In this document: one piece after another, positions 13,484 to 27,999 of the stretch
Position numbering within the stretch: the first letter of the stretch is position 1
Layout of the letters: every line of letters starts with the position of its first letter
Assembly: GCF_006345805.1 (NCBI RefSeq)
Contig: NC_043015.1
Span: 39,494,001-39,558,000 of the forward strand
Length of the DNA: 64,000 nt
From: Octopus sinensis
Taxonomy: Eukaryota
Direction: 5' to 3'
Made by a program: the position numbers and the translations under genes
The notes under the pieces: generated by a model
Databases searched by the model: none
Told to the model about the DNA's origin: nothing
The model's input: only the letters and a program-made list of their open reading frames with translations

Positions 13484-15747
13484 GAGGCACAGGAGTGGCT
13501 GTGTGGTAAGTAGCTTGCTTCCCAACCACATGGTTCCGGGTTCAGTCTCACTGTGTGGCACTTTGGATAAGTATCTTCTACTATAGCCTCGGCAAAAGAG
13601 ACTGATAGAATAAGTACTAGGCTTTGTTTGACTAAAAGTGGTGCTCCACCATGGCCACAGTCAAATGACTGAAACAAGTAAAAGAATAAAAGAATATATA
13701 TACATAAGGATAAGCATATTAAAAGGGGTCTGTGGGAAAACACATTCAAATAGAAGGGCTGGGAACCACTGGTGGGGACCATTATGGAACGGTTGGGAAC
13801 CATTGTAATGCAGGAGACAATTTCTTCCAATGCTAAATGAAACTTACCATTCCAAAGATCTTTTGTTATTCAGGACTTGCTTTTTTAAGAGCATCGTTGA
13901 GACAAAGTAGCTGGCACCAGTGATCTTGTCTTCCAATACAAGCTGGAACATGGAGAGATTGGTCAGATGTATACATGGTCAGGTGTACAACATGTACGTA
14001 TGTGTGTGTGTGTGTGTGAGAGAATGTGAGAATGTGTATGTATTTGTGAGAATGTCTATGTATGCAAGAATGTGTTTGTATGTGAGAAGGTGTGTATATG
14101 TGCATGCATGTGTGTGTGTGTGCGTATATGTGAGAATGTGTATGCATATGAGAATGTTGTGTGCAAGTATGCATGCATGTGTGTGTGTATATGTGAGAAT
14201 GTCTATGTATGTGAGAATGTGTGTGTCTGTGTGTGTGCATATATGTGAGTGTGCGTGTATATATTTGTGTGTGTGTATATGTGAGAATATGTCTGTGCAT
14301 GTGTGTGTGTACATGCACACGCATGTGTGTATATATGTGAGAATGTGTGTGTGCATGCATGAGTATATGTGTGTGTGTGTGCATGTGTGTGTGTGTATAC
14401 ATGTGTATGTACATATATGTTGAAGCTGGAGTGTTACCTTGACTTTCACTAACGATGACAGAGGTGGGTTCCCTTCATCAATTACTCTCACCAGAAATTC
14501 CACACCATTTTCCTCTTCTGCCTCCAGCTGAAGACTTCTCTTCACAATCAATTCTCCTGTTTTATTTTCTATCACAATATGGCGCCCAACACTACAAGTA
14601 AACAAAAACAAGATCGTAAGATTATGGTTTCAATTCCTGGCCTAGGTGATACATTGTTTTCTTGAGCAAGACACTTCATTTTACATTGTTCCAGTCTGCT
14701 CAGCTGGCAAAGGTGAGTAAACCTGTGATGGATTGGCATCCTATCCAGGTGGGGAATATACATGCCATAGAAACTGGGAAACTGGCCCTTATGAGAAGAT
14801 ATCTTTACTTTTACCTTCAACACTCTGTGATTAACTGACCACCAAGAATGGCTTTAATAGGGGACAGGAGGGGTTTTTTTTTTGTTTAGAACTATGAAAT
14901 AAAACCAGATCATGCCCCAGCTTCATGCTGCTTGATTGATTTACAGGCCAATCACATGAATCTATGATAGTTCAATCATGGTGTGAGATCAAGTATCCAG
15001 TGGTTAGGTTTCCAATCACTGCAAAACAGGATTAATAGGAATCCAACCCCCAGTGTATGGAAGGTATTTAATTGTTTCGATTATCACTGGAGGAATAATA
15101 ATGCTGATTTCCAGCAGGATTTGAACTCAGAATGTCCAGATGAAATAAAATATTGTAAGATATTCTTATCTCCCTCCATCACCCCCCAAATTTCAAAGTG
15201 ATCTGTGGAAAATATTAGTTTCATATTTTGGCACAAGGCCAGTAATTTTGGGGAAGGGGTTAAGTCAATTACAACAACCCCAGTGTTCAACTGGTACTTA
15301 TTTTATCAACCCAAAACCCCAAAAGAATGAAAGGTAAAGTCAACCCCAGCAGAATTTGAACTCAGAACACAAAGATAGTTGCCTGGTGTGCTAACGATTC
15401 TACCAGTTCACCATTTTGATCTGTTGGGAAATATTTCAAAAAAATCTAAATTTGACTATTAAACAAGAAAATTGATGGCACCAACCTGAATTCTGCAGGA
15501 ATTTTATAAAAGAACTGATTATTCGGAGGTTCCTTGTCATTATCAGATGCCTGGAATGTAATTAAACATATAACAATTGTTAATCACTCATTTAGAATTG
15601 ATTTCTAATAATTAGAGATAATTTCAGTTTTTTGAAATGTATCACAATTTAGAGATTATTTCACGGTTTTATAATTATTTCTTTAATTTGAGAATCTTCA
15701 AATATTTTAATTGCATCAGAGAAATTCTTACTGAAGAAAACTATTTG

Positions 15748-15783
<36 letters not shown>

Positions 15784-15918
15784 GTGTGTGTGCTCGTGTG
15801 TAATGTAATATAATACAAAATAACATAAGATATATTTAAAAGATTCTCAAATCATACAGAAATAATTACTAAAATATATAATAATTGCAAAATTGTAATA
15901 TATTTTAAATGCTCTCAG

Positions 15919-15953
<35 letters not shown>

Positions 15954-16286
15954 AATACATACATATATACACATTTTTATAGGTATGGTGGAACAAACTT
16001 GAGAAATAAAATTCTATATATATTTAATGGGTTTTTTTTGCTAATTTTTGTGTGTGTGTGTGTACGTGTGTGTGTGTGTACGTGTGTGTGTGTATATATG
16101 TGTGTGTGTGTGTACATTCTTTCATATCCCTTTCAAATTATTGCATTATATATATGTAAGTTCACTTTTAATTATATCATTATATATATATTATATATAT
16201 ATATATAATATATTATATATATATATTATATATTATATATATATATATTATATATTATATATATATATATATATTATATTATATAT

Positions 16287-16317
<31 letters not shown>

Positions 16318-17002
16318 ATATCCACCGAAACTCAAAATTACGGCATTTAACACTGTAAGAAAGAAATGACTAATACACAGACATACAGGCAGACAGGCAG
16401 GCAGGCAGGTAGACAGAGACAGACAGACAGACAGGCAGGCAAAAAGTGGAAAGTATTGTACTTACGCTAATGTATCCAATAGTTGTGTTTATTTCAAGTT
16501 TTGGGAGAACCTCAAAAATATAAACTGGTTTGTCAAATGTTGGAATATGGTCGTTGATGTCTTTGATGTGAACAAACACAGTCATATTGATGGTTTTCTA
16601 CAAGGGAAAGGTGATGGAATTAAGGTAGTGAGATGGCAGAACCATTAGCATACCAGGCAGTTTTACAATAACATGAGATAAATTTCCCCTGGATAGGATG
16701 CTAGTCCATTAAAGGTGATCTCCCACATATGTCTCACAGCATGGTGAACAAATGTGATTTAACATGCAGTATCCTGCTTATGAAAAATATTGTGCACACC
16801 TGAAGTAGATTAAAATTAGGTTTGAGCCCCAGCACATGCTTTTGGCCTTAAAGTATTTCATCCCTCCTACTTCTCCCCCAGACTGTTAAAGAATTAAATT
16901 CCAAAGACTTACCGTTTCTGTACAAGCCAAAACTGTTAATTTATATTGTTGAACTGCTTCATAATCCAGAAGACCATTCACAACAACTTCACCACTGAAA
17001 TG

Positions 17003-17036
<34 letters not shown>

Positions 17037-17576
17037 TAATAATAATGATCTTTTCTATTATAGGCATAAGGCCTAAAATTTGGCGGGAGGGGGTATCATT
17101 GATTACATTAACTCCAATTCATTACTGGTACTTATTTTATCAACTCTGAAAGGATTAAAGGCTAAGTCAACCTCAGTGGAATTTGAACTCAGAATGCAAA
17201 GATGGACGAAATACCGTTAAGTATTTTGCTTGGCATGCTAACAATTCTGCCAGCTCACCACCTTATAAATAATAATAATAATAATAATAGTAGTAGTATA
17301 GTAATTATAATAATAATAATTATAATAATAATAGTAATAATAATAATGAAAATAATAATAATAATATAATAATAATAATAATATAATAATTATAGTAATA
17401 TTAATAATAATAATAATTATAGTAATAATAATAATGATAATAATAGTAATAATAATAATGATGATAATGATAATAAAATAATAATAATAATAATAATGAT
17501 AATAGTAATAATAATGATAATAATAATAATAATTATAGTAATAATAATAATGATAATAGTAATAATAATAATAATG

Positions 17577-17607
<31 letters not shown>

Positions 17608-19430
17608 TAATAATAATAGTAATAAAAACAACAGACAATGATACATATATGAGAAGAATCTACCTGCCAAGGAATATAAAAAATGTGCCAAACATAAAGA
17701 CTTAGAAATTGGTGGCACCTGAAATCAGAAACAATCCTCAGCAGAATTTGAACTCAGAACACGGAGATGGACAAAATGCTGTTTAGCAATTTACCTGCTG
17801 TGCTAACGATTCTACCAGCTTACCTGCCTTAAATTTATATTAACAAGAATAATTCTTTGCAATTTTGGCACAGGGCCAGCAATTTTCAGGGTGAGGAGTG
17901 AGCTTGTTACATTGACCCCAGTGCTTAACTGGTATTTATTTTATCAGTCCCAAAAGGATGAAAGGCTAAGTCAACCTTGGCAGTATTTGAACTCCGAATG
18001 CAATGAGTTGGAAGAAATGTGGCTGAATATTTTGTCCGATGTGCTAACAATTATGCCAGCTTACCATTTCTTTTTACCAACTTAATTAAAGTCATTTAAA
18101 TTATATTTAATTAAATGTTAAACTATTGGAATATAATTATGTTGGGAATGTTAAAGTCATTAACAGAATTTCTTACAATTTCATTATTTTAACTGGAACC
18201 GGAGAAGTCTTCAGGTGGATGAAGATCATGCCAGTACTGGAACCCTAAAATAAAAGAAGAGAACCTTTTAGATTCAAAGAATAAAATTCATTTTTGCTTT
18301 TGCTTGTTTTTTTTTTTTAATAAATATTGGATTGGTGCATAATTATTGCGGCTTTTTTACCTGGACTGGCTCCTCTGCAGGTGGCACGTAAAAAACCCCA
18401 TTTGAGTGTGGCTGTTGCCAGTACCACCTGACTGGCCCTCGTGCCGCTGGAAAGTAAAAGCACCCACTACACTCTCAGAGTGGTTGGTGTTAGGAAAGGC
18501 ATCTGGCAGTAGAAACTCTGCCAGATCTGATTGGAGCCTGGTGTAGCCATCTGGTTCGCCAGACCTCAGTTAAATCGTTCAACCCATGCTAGCATGGAAA
18601 GTGGATGTTAAATGATGATGATGAGGAGGAGGAGGATGATGATTTATTCAACAAAAACAATAACATGTAACAAAAACATCCTTAAATGATTATTCCGGAG
18701 CATATTCACCATCTACCTCAGTTACTGCTTCCCATTTGCTTGGCAGACGGTCAGACCATCATTTAAAGATCATCATCATCATCATCGTTTAACGTCCGCT
18801 TTCCATGCTAGCATGGGTTGGACGGTTCAACTGGGGTCTGGCAAGCCCGAAGGCTGCACCAGGCCAGTCAGATCTGGCAGTGTTTCTACAGCTGGATGCC
18901 CTTCCTAACGCCAACCACTCCGAGAGTGTAGTGGGTGATTTTATGTGCCACCGACACAGGTGCCAGACGAGGCTGGCAGACGGCCACGCTCGGATGGTGT
19001 TTTTTATGTGCCACCAACACAGGTGCCAGACGAGGCTGGCTGACGGCCACGCTCAAGATGTTATTGTTAAATATTGTTATTGTTTTTGTTGAATAAAATT
19101 TGTTGAAAAAAACTGCAATAATTATGCACTAACCCAATAATTTCTATGAAACAATGTAATATGTTGCAACATGAGATACACACACACATGCACGCACACA
19201 TACATGCACAGAAGCACACATACACAAAAGCATGATTCTTTGGGATGACTAATGGTAGATGGAGACTGTCTGGAAACCTATCAGATATATATAAATATAA
19301 TATGTATGTATGGATATGTATTTTTGTCTGTGTATGTTTGTGTGTGCGTGTGTGTGTGTGTTTAGAGTTTCTACAAATATGATGGAAAATAGACTGAAAG
19401 AGACAGAGAGATAGGGAGAGAGAGATAAGC

Positions 19431-19463
<33 letters not shown>

Positions 19464-19502
19464 TACATACACATATATATATACATATATATATACACAC
19501 AC

Positions 19503-19572
<70 letters not shown>

Positions 19573-19874
19573 GTATATATATAAATGAAAATTATATATA
19601 TATAATTGCTATTTTCCAGTAAATGTTGGTGACTTGTTGTACCACTTATCTATTTATATATATATACATATATATATATATATGTAGGTCCCGGGTTGAT
19701 CGGGGTTAACCACAGTAAATAAGGTACTCAATACATAGCAGAGTAAATTAATTTATTATATAGAAGGAGCTTCTACAGGACTAGACTGTTTCATTCAAGA
19801 GAAATCTTCAGGAAGCTCCTGAAGATTTCTCTTGAATGAAACAGTTCTAGTCCTGTAGAAGCTCCTTCTATATA

Positions 19875-19922
<48 letters not shown>

Positions 19923-19926
19923 TATA

Positions 19927-19963
<37 letters not shown>

Positions 19964-20524
19964 CATATATATATATATGATGATGATATAGATATATACA
20001 TAGAGAGAGAGAGAGAGAGACTTACCTTGAAGTCATCCTTAAGGTCAGCCACAGTGGTGTTCCTCGGAGTGTTCTCCTTGATGTAGATGTATTTGACTCT
20101 GGAATTGTTCTCTGGTTTTGTAGTATTTTTGGTGACAATCATCACTGGAACTTTACTACAGAGCCTGGAGGTGGGGAGGTGGGGAAGAGACCACAAAGTC
20201 AGACTTTAAAAACAACAGATTCTATAACATTTACCAATCAACATATGGTCTCAGTCTCAATAAACTCAAATGTTCTGTACCAAACATACACATCACTACG
20301 ACAGGAAATAACTGTCCCTTGACCCCTAATGTCTGAAATCTCTGTTAAACTCCAGTGATGATATATATATTCACACGCATACACACATGCACATGAACAC
20401 AAATACACACACACATATATACTGAGAGGGACAAAGAGAAAGAGATAGATAGATAGATAGATAGATAGATATAAATATATATATATATATAGATAGATAG
20501 ATAGATAGATATAGATAGATAGAT

Positions 20525-20555
<31 letters not shown>

Positions 20556-21209
20556 TAGATAGATAGATATAGATAGATATATATATAATATAGATAGATA
20601 GATAGATAGATAGACAGACATATAGATAGATATGTTTCTTTATTGGCTATACAGGGCTGAACATAGAGTGGACAAAATACAAAGTAGAGCTTTTCTTTTT
20701 GGGAAGAAGAAGAGTAAAAAAACAAATGAAGTGGTTCGAATTTCAATCAAAAGGTTTCGTGGAAAAAAAAGCTGATCAATAGGGACCGTGTATTACAGAA
20801 ATGTCAATGTAAAAAGGGAAAATAGATTAGGTTTATCTGTGGAAAGGAAAGCCTATAGAAAAGACCACGGTAACCTTGGGCAATAATATCATGCAAAAAA
20901 ACACTTTACAGTAAGTGACTCTCTTTTTTCCTTTTCTTTTTAGGTCCATAGGATTATGCACAAGCTGGCTCCGTCATTCACATGTGTCATCCTTGCTACA
21001 CTCACCCATCTTTTTTTGAAACATTCGCTAGACAAAACTTGCCTCTCTACGCTCACCTTCCCCTTCAAGTGATACTTAAAGAAGTTGATGAGTGATTCAC
21101 CAGAAAGCAAAGTGTTTGTCTCTAGAACTTTCAGATGAGTCCACTATACACATTCTTTTGCCATAGCCACAAGTACGATGAAAATGGCTCTTCCTTCCCA
21201 TTACAAGGA

Positions 21210-21245
<36 letters not shown>

Positions 21246-21254
21246 GTAGATAGG

Positions 21255-21299
<45 letters not shown>

Positions 21300-21361
21300 A
21301 TAGATAGACAGATACACAGATTGACTTATAGATAGACAGATAGAGAGATAGACAGACAGAC

Positions 21362-21405
<44 letters not shown>

Positions 21406-24400
21406 GGAACCAATTTGCTAACCTTCTTGAAAGTTCTCTGGGTGAGTCGCAGGCTTGGAGGAAGAACCTGTACGAAGTGGCAGGTTTTAGAAAACTATTT
21501 GCTGTAATAACTCCAGTGTTTTCCTCAATATCGATGGGGGCTGGTTGTTTACCCCACTCAACGATGTTTGTTAAGCCATATTTAAGGATGGCATTGAGTC
21601 CTACATCACGATCAGAAGCATTTACCTTTGAAAGAAAATGTAAACCATTATACGCATTACTTTAATTAAATTACTTAAGAACTAATGTAATTAAAATTTT
21701 CTAAAGTAGCCCTTTATCCTCTTGAAGTCAGTAAAATAAATACCAGTTATATACTAGGGGCAATATAACTAACTTTCCCTTTCCTTCTACGTGTATGCAG
21801 TATATATTATGTATATACACAGAAGCAATGACAAATGACTGAGACTTTGGCATTATGCCATGTTTGAGAAGAAGATCCATCAAGCCAAGCAAAATTCAGT
21901 CATGACAGATATTGGCATCATGCAAGGCAGTGAGCTGGCAGAATCATTAGCATGCTGGGCGAAATGCTTGGCAGTATTTTGTCTGTCTTCATGTTCTGAG
22001 TTCAAATTCTGCCGAGGTCGACTTTGCCTTTCATCCTTTCGAGGTTGATAAATTAAGTACCAGTTATGCACTGGGGTCGATGTAATCGAATTAATCCCTT
22101 TACCTGTCCTTGCTTGTCCCCTCTATGTTTAACCTCTTGTGGGCAATAAAGAAATAAGCAATGTTAGCACGCCAGCTTAGCGGTATTTTATCTGTCTTTA
22201 AGTTCTGAGTTCAAATTCTGCCAAGGTCAACTTTGCCTTTCATCCTTTCGGGGTCGATAAATTAAGTACCAATTAAGTACTGGACTCGATTTAATTGACT
22301 AGCCTTGCCTCCCCCAAAATTTCAGGCTTTGTGCCTTGAGTAGAAAAGCTATTGGTGTCATGCAAGTGGCATGTAATAGCACCCATTACACTCTCAGAGT
22401 GGTTGGTATTTGGAAGGGCATCCAGCCGTAGAAACCATACCAAATCAGACTGGAGCCTGGTGCAGCCTTCCAGCTTGCCAACCCTGGTCAAACCATCCAA
22501 CACATTCCAGCATGGACAATGGACGTTAAATGTATGTGTGTGTGTGTGTGTGTGTGTGCATAATTTTCTTACCGTTCCGATGAAAGTTCCATTCGTCAGT
22601 TCTGTAGCAAACAGAAGGAATCCTTGCTGACTAAACATTGGCCAGTTATCGTTGACGTCCAAAAGGGTGATTGTGAGGTAACAGGATTTGCTTTTCTGTC
22701 CACTTCTTTCAACAGCAAACACCTGAAGAAAAAAATGGTAGTTTAAATATATGAGAAGTGGACAATGGAGCACAATGCCTTTCCGTCTGATTCATGCCAG
22801 CATGGAACATGGACCTTAACCCATTAGTGCCCATGGTCCTTTTTTTAGGACCAGAAGGATAATCCATCATATTTCTACAACACCTGTATTTTTCTGAGAT
22901 ACCTTTAATTACTGTCTTTCAGATATTGTAATAAAATTTTTTTTGTGCCGGTGGCACATGAACAAAGCATTTGAGCAAAGTCGTTGGCAGTGCCACAGGA
23001 CTGGCCCTCGTGCCGGTGGCACGTAAAAGCACCCACTACACTCTCAGAGCGGTTGGCTTTAGGAAGGGTACCCAGCCGTAGAAACTCTGCCAGATCAGAT
23101 TGGAGCCTGGTGCAGACATCTGGTTCGCCAGTCCTCAGTCAAAATCGTCCAACCCATGCTAGCAGTGAAAGCGGACGTTAAATGATAATGATGATGATGA
23201 TTTAATATCAGATAAAGTTGTAGAAAAAAAAATTTTTGGTAATAAATTAAAAATAATTTGGGCACTAATGGATTAAATGATGACGATGATGATGATGGTG
23301 ATGATGATGGTGGTGGTGGTGGTGGTGGTGGTGGTGGTAGTGATTTTGCTGGTGATGGTGGTGGTGGTGGTGATGGTGGCGGTAGCGCAGCAGTGATGAT
23401 GATGATGGTGATGGTGATGGTTTTCAACTTACACTAATCACCAGTGTTGGGTGGGTTTCTCGGTCCAAAATACGTGAATTCTTCACAGTTAGTTCTCCCG
23501 TGGAACCGTTCACTTGAAATGCATCATATTTGTCTTTTAGTTGATACTGGAAGATGTTGAATGGAACCTGAAAAGAAACAGAAAAGCAACAACATTGATT
23601 TCTTAACTGTGGACAATAAACATTAATGCTTAAAACCCCTAAAATGGTCCGGTGGTTCATGAAAGAGCACGAATGGTTTTAGTGAAGATAATCCCAGGTG
23701 ATGTTCTGATGCTGATTCAACAAGAGTTTGAGTCTCTGCAATGAATCAAATTCTTAGGAAAGAAATGTTAATTAACGAAGCATAAGCAATTAATTGGACC
23801 AGAATGACTGACAGGGTCTCACTGGCATTATAAGCATTTATGTCAATAAAGAGTGTGGAAGCACAATGGCCCAGTGGTTAGGCAGTTGACTCATGGTTGT
23901 AGGATTGCAGTTTCGATTCCCAGACTGGGCGTTGTGAGTGTTTATTGAGCGAAAACACCTAAAGCTCCACTAGGCTCCGGCAGGGGATGGTGGTGATCCC
24001 TGCTGTACGCTTTCGCCACAACTTTCTCTCACTCTTTCTTCTGTTGGCCTCCTCACTTAGCCAGCGGGTGGTGTCATCTGAAGGCTAAAACAATGTGAAG
24101 CACATTGTGACCAGCGATGTGTAGCAATATCTGATAGCCTGGTCGGTCACGGTGATCATGGTGATATCAATAAAGTGTATTTTGGACATTGACAAGAGGT
24201 TTATTGGCTTTAAGAACCACCAAACTTTTACTAAACCAAACCAGAAATCTTTAATAACCATATCTTACTTTCATTAAACTCTGACATTAATTATAGCACA
24301 CCTGATTCTTTAGTGAATCTCTCTGAGTACCATATACTCTGATAGAATCATTTCAAGGGTCAATAATCTTTAGCTCACCCCAGTATATCTGATTCCCCAG

Positions 24401-27400
24401 CAATCAGCCAGAAGATTCCTTTTCAGTTTAAATCTCAAATATCTGAAACCATTCAACTAAAAACCAGCATGAAGTAAGAAATGTAGCTTATTACCTTATC
24501 AGCATCTGTTGCATGGAATCGGTAGATGAAGAAGCCTTTTGGAAGATTTTCTAAAACCTCTACAGACTGAAAGTAAGAACCAAACTTTGGTAGGTTGTCA
24601 TTAATATCAAGAACTGTGATGTGGGCCACAGCTATGGCTGTCTTCGTGTAAGGAGCATCAGTTTGATAGGCCTGGAAAAAAACGGAATTATTTCATATTT
24701 CCATCAAAGTTTCTTTATGTCTTGTTTATAGATTTAAATTCTCCTACGAATTGCTGTCATTAACCATTTCACCTTCAATGCCTATGCCATCTTAACTTAA
24801 GCTAATTGTGTGATGTGCTCATGTGATGGTCATTTGATGGTCATATGATGGTCATGTGGTGGTAGTGCATTGTGGTAGAGTAAAGGCGGGTGATGGTATG
24901 ATTTTGGTAGCAAGACTACAAGTGTTATATTGGTAAGGTTATTTAACAGTTATTTTCGAAATGGAAGAAGACTAAAGCAAATCCTAGAGATATTTAAAGG
25001 TACCATGGTTCTTAAACCTGGGATATGATTCCATTTGGGAATGTTTACCGTTTACTTGACTTCTGGAAAACTACCATATTTAATTAACAGTAAATTTCTT
25101 GCATTAATATAATTCAACAGAGGACATTGTAGCGAAACACATCCTCTCTCTTTCTCTCTGAGATGTACAATACAAATAACGTTGTGACAGATAGCAGCCA
25201 TCATTCGGCTGCTTAGGACCAGTTGTGTCCGCTGCTCCGATTGGTTGGCTTACACATTGGCGTGAAATAATGCAAGAGATAAAACTGTACCAAAACCTAC
25301 CAATCAGGGCAGCAGACACAACTGGTCCTAAGCAGCCGAAGGATGGCTGCTATCTGCCACGATGTTATTTGTATTTATATCTCAGAGAGAGAGGATGTGT
25401 TTCATTACAACATATTGGAATACAACATTGACAGTACTTGACTTAAACTTATTTCATTGACCTTAGAAGCAAAGTCAACCAAGACAGCATTAAAAATCAG
25501 AATGTATGGTACGTGACTAAAGACCACAAGTCATTTTGTATGGTACCTTCATGAATCTGCCAATTAATGGCCCTGGTAAATATTCTTCACCTTAATATCA
25601 AACCATTGTTTAATAGGTAAAGGAGGTGCCAATTCAAGACAAGACACTTGAGTTTCAACATGGTTATTCTTGGTTCTAATACTATGTTAGTAAACAACAA
25701 TAAATAAGAAATATTTTTTGTTACTTTACTCAATTATTTATTACAAGATTTCAATAAAAAGTAAGAATTACTTCTGAGGAATTCAAAGAAGCAATCGTGT
25801 ACGAAATCATGCAAATTCTTATTTGAAATAATGCAACTGAGTTCTGTTGAAGTGTGATAAGAAAATGGTAAAGTACCTCAATATAAATAGTATAAGAATC
25901 TTTAGTTTCTCTGTTTAATATTTGGCGAAGAATGATGGAGCCAGTTCTGTTATCAACATCAAAGGCATCTGATGCCATAGCTTTGGTACCTGTAAAGGTA
26001 AAAACATAATGTTAAGAAAACAGAATAATTTATTTGTTATTAGTCTGAGGTTTGACCCTCCATTGACTTTACAGACATTTGTAGAAGGAAATAAATAATC
26101 TAAATAAATATTTAGATTAATTCTGTTGTGTCTGGGGAGAGTCATTTTCTTTTTGTTCCTTATAATGTAACACACTCACTGGTAAAATTCCCACTTATTT
26201 CTTACTTTTACTTTCCTAAAATTTACGTTGCGTCTTGCTGTAAATAACGGACAGAATCAAGACACATTGAAAAGGTTGCAAAACGCAACGAAAATTTTAA
26301 GAAAATAAAAATAAGAAAAAAGTGGAAATTTTACCGGTGAGTGAACCTAGGTTCAAAATTTCCTCAAGACACCTGATGAAGCCTGGAGAGGTATATCAGC
26401 CGAAACGTTGTGTTAACAACAAACAAGACGAGGACAAATATCCGTCAAATGTAAATAATGTAAATAATTCCCTATAATGTTCAATTTGAAGAATATCCAC
26501 CAACCTTTATGCATTCTGTAGTTGATGGTTTGGTTAATGCTTCTGTCCCCGTCATATGCCAGGATAGGTGGCGCTGAAGTAAGGGTTGTGTTTATTAAAT
26601 TTACAGCCTGGAAATGAAGCAAATTCATGGATTATAACGAATTTTAATAAACGACAATAATTTATAATTTGTTAAAAAGGTAATATTTATCCTGCTTAAA
26701 AGTGGATGTTGAATTGGAAATATGTTGCTATGACATCCACAATGAGGTTAATGATTGATCGTCACATATTGATCAAACATAGATGAAGTTTTTCTTTTCA
26801 TTTATCAATCAACAGAGAAATTGTAAGTAAAAAAAACCATACGTTGTATAATAAAAGATAAAACAATTAAAATACATGCATTTTTGTTTTGTTATTTCTT
26901 TCATTTAACCCCCCATCACCATCATTTCTTATTCTGAGACATTACAAAAGAATCTACGGAGAAGCTATTTCCTCAGTCATCTCAACCAATTCTTTGCAGA
27001 ATCTCAGAATATGATAATATTTTATTCAAAATATGGAATTTATGCAACAGTTTTGGTTTCATTATAACCATTCCCCATGGAAGAGTTCTTTACTGCCATT
27101 CCACAAGAAATGGTAAACACCCCCACCCACACACGATTATTTAATATTGAGTTTGAAATAAAATGACCAAACTATTACAAACCTCTTCTTCTACTGAAGC
27201 GTAATAATGAAGAAATGCGAAAACTGGTGGCTTTGTGTCTTCATCTTTTACAGCAATGGTTAGCAGAACAAACACAAGATTTTCACCATTCTACAAAATA
27301 ATGGAACATTATTAAAATAGGTTCAACAACACATTTATTATTAACACCGTAAGATATTCCCCTCCTCTTCCTCCACTTCTTCCTACTTATCATCATTATC

Positions 27401-27637
27401 ATCATCATCATCATCAACTATGAGCATAAATAGAAGTGATGATGGCAACGCATACACATACATTCATACATACATATATGATATAGTTAATTTTTTTTAG
27501 GAAAGATATAGACCACATAGAAGTGCTCAAGTCAAGCCTGAGACATTAGGCAAGTACAATATATAGGGGGAGAATTCACGAAAAAACATGAAAACAGGTG
27601 GTGTAGAAGACAAACAGATGTATTAGTATAATGCTCG

Positions 27638-27669
<32 letters not shown>

Positions 27670-27961
27670 ATATACAGTGATGGAGTGGCCAGGTTGCCAG
27701 CTTGCCTGATGGTAAGTAGGCCCCTGAGCTGTTAGATTCCATATATGGGGCCCATATTAGTATCTAAGAGGCCCATCCCCTCAAGTTTGAGAAATTTTTA
27801 TTCCCTCCTGAAAGAATGCATTAATTATTTCAGTCTGGTTGTGTTTGTAGACTGTTAAAAAGATACTTAAAAAAAACCCAAATTAAACAAAATCATTGTA
27901 GTTGCGGATGGGCCCCCTTAGTCTTCTGGCAACCAATAATTTTAGACCCAGTCCGCCACTA

Positions 27962-27999
<38 letters not shown>

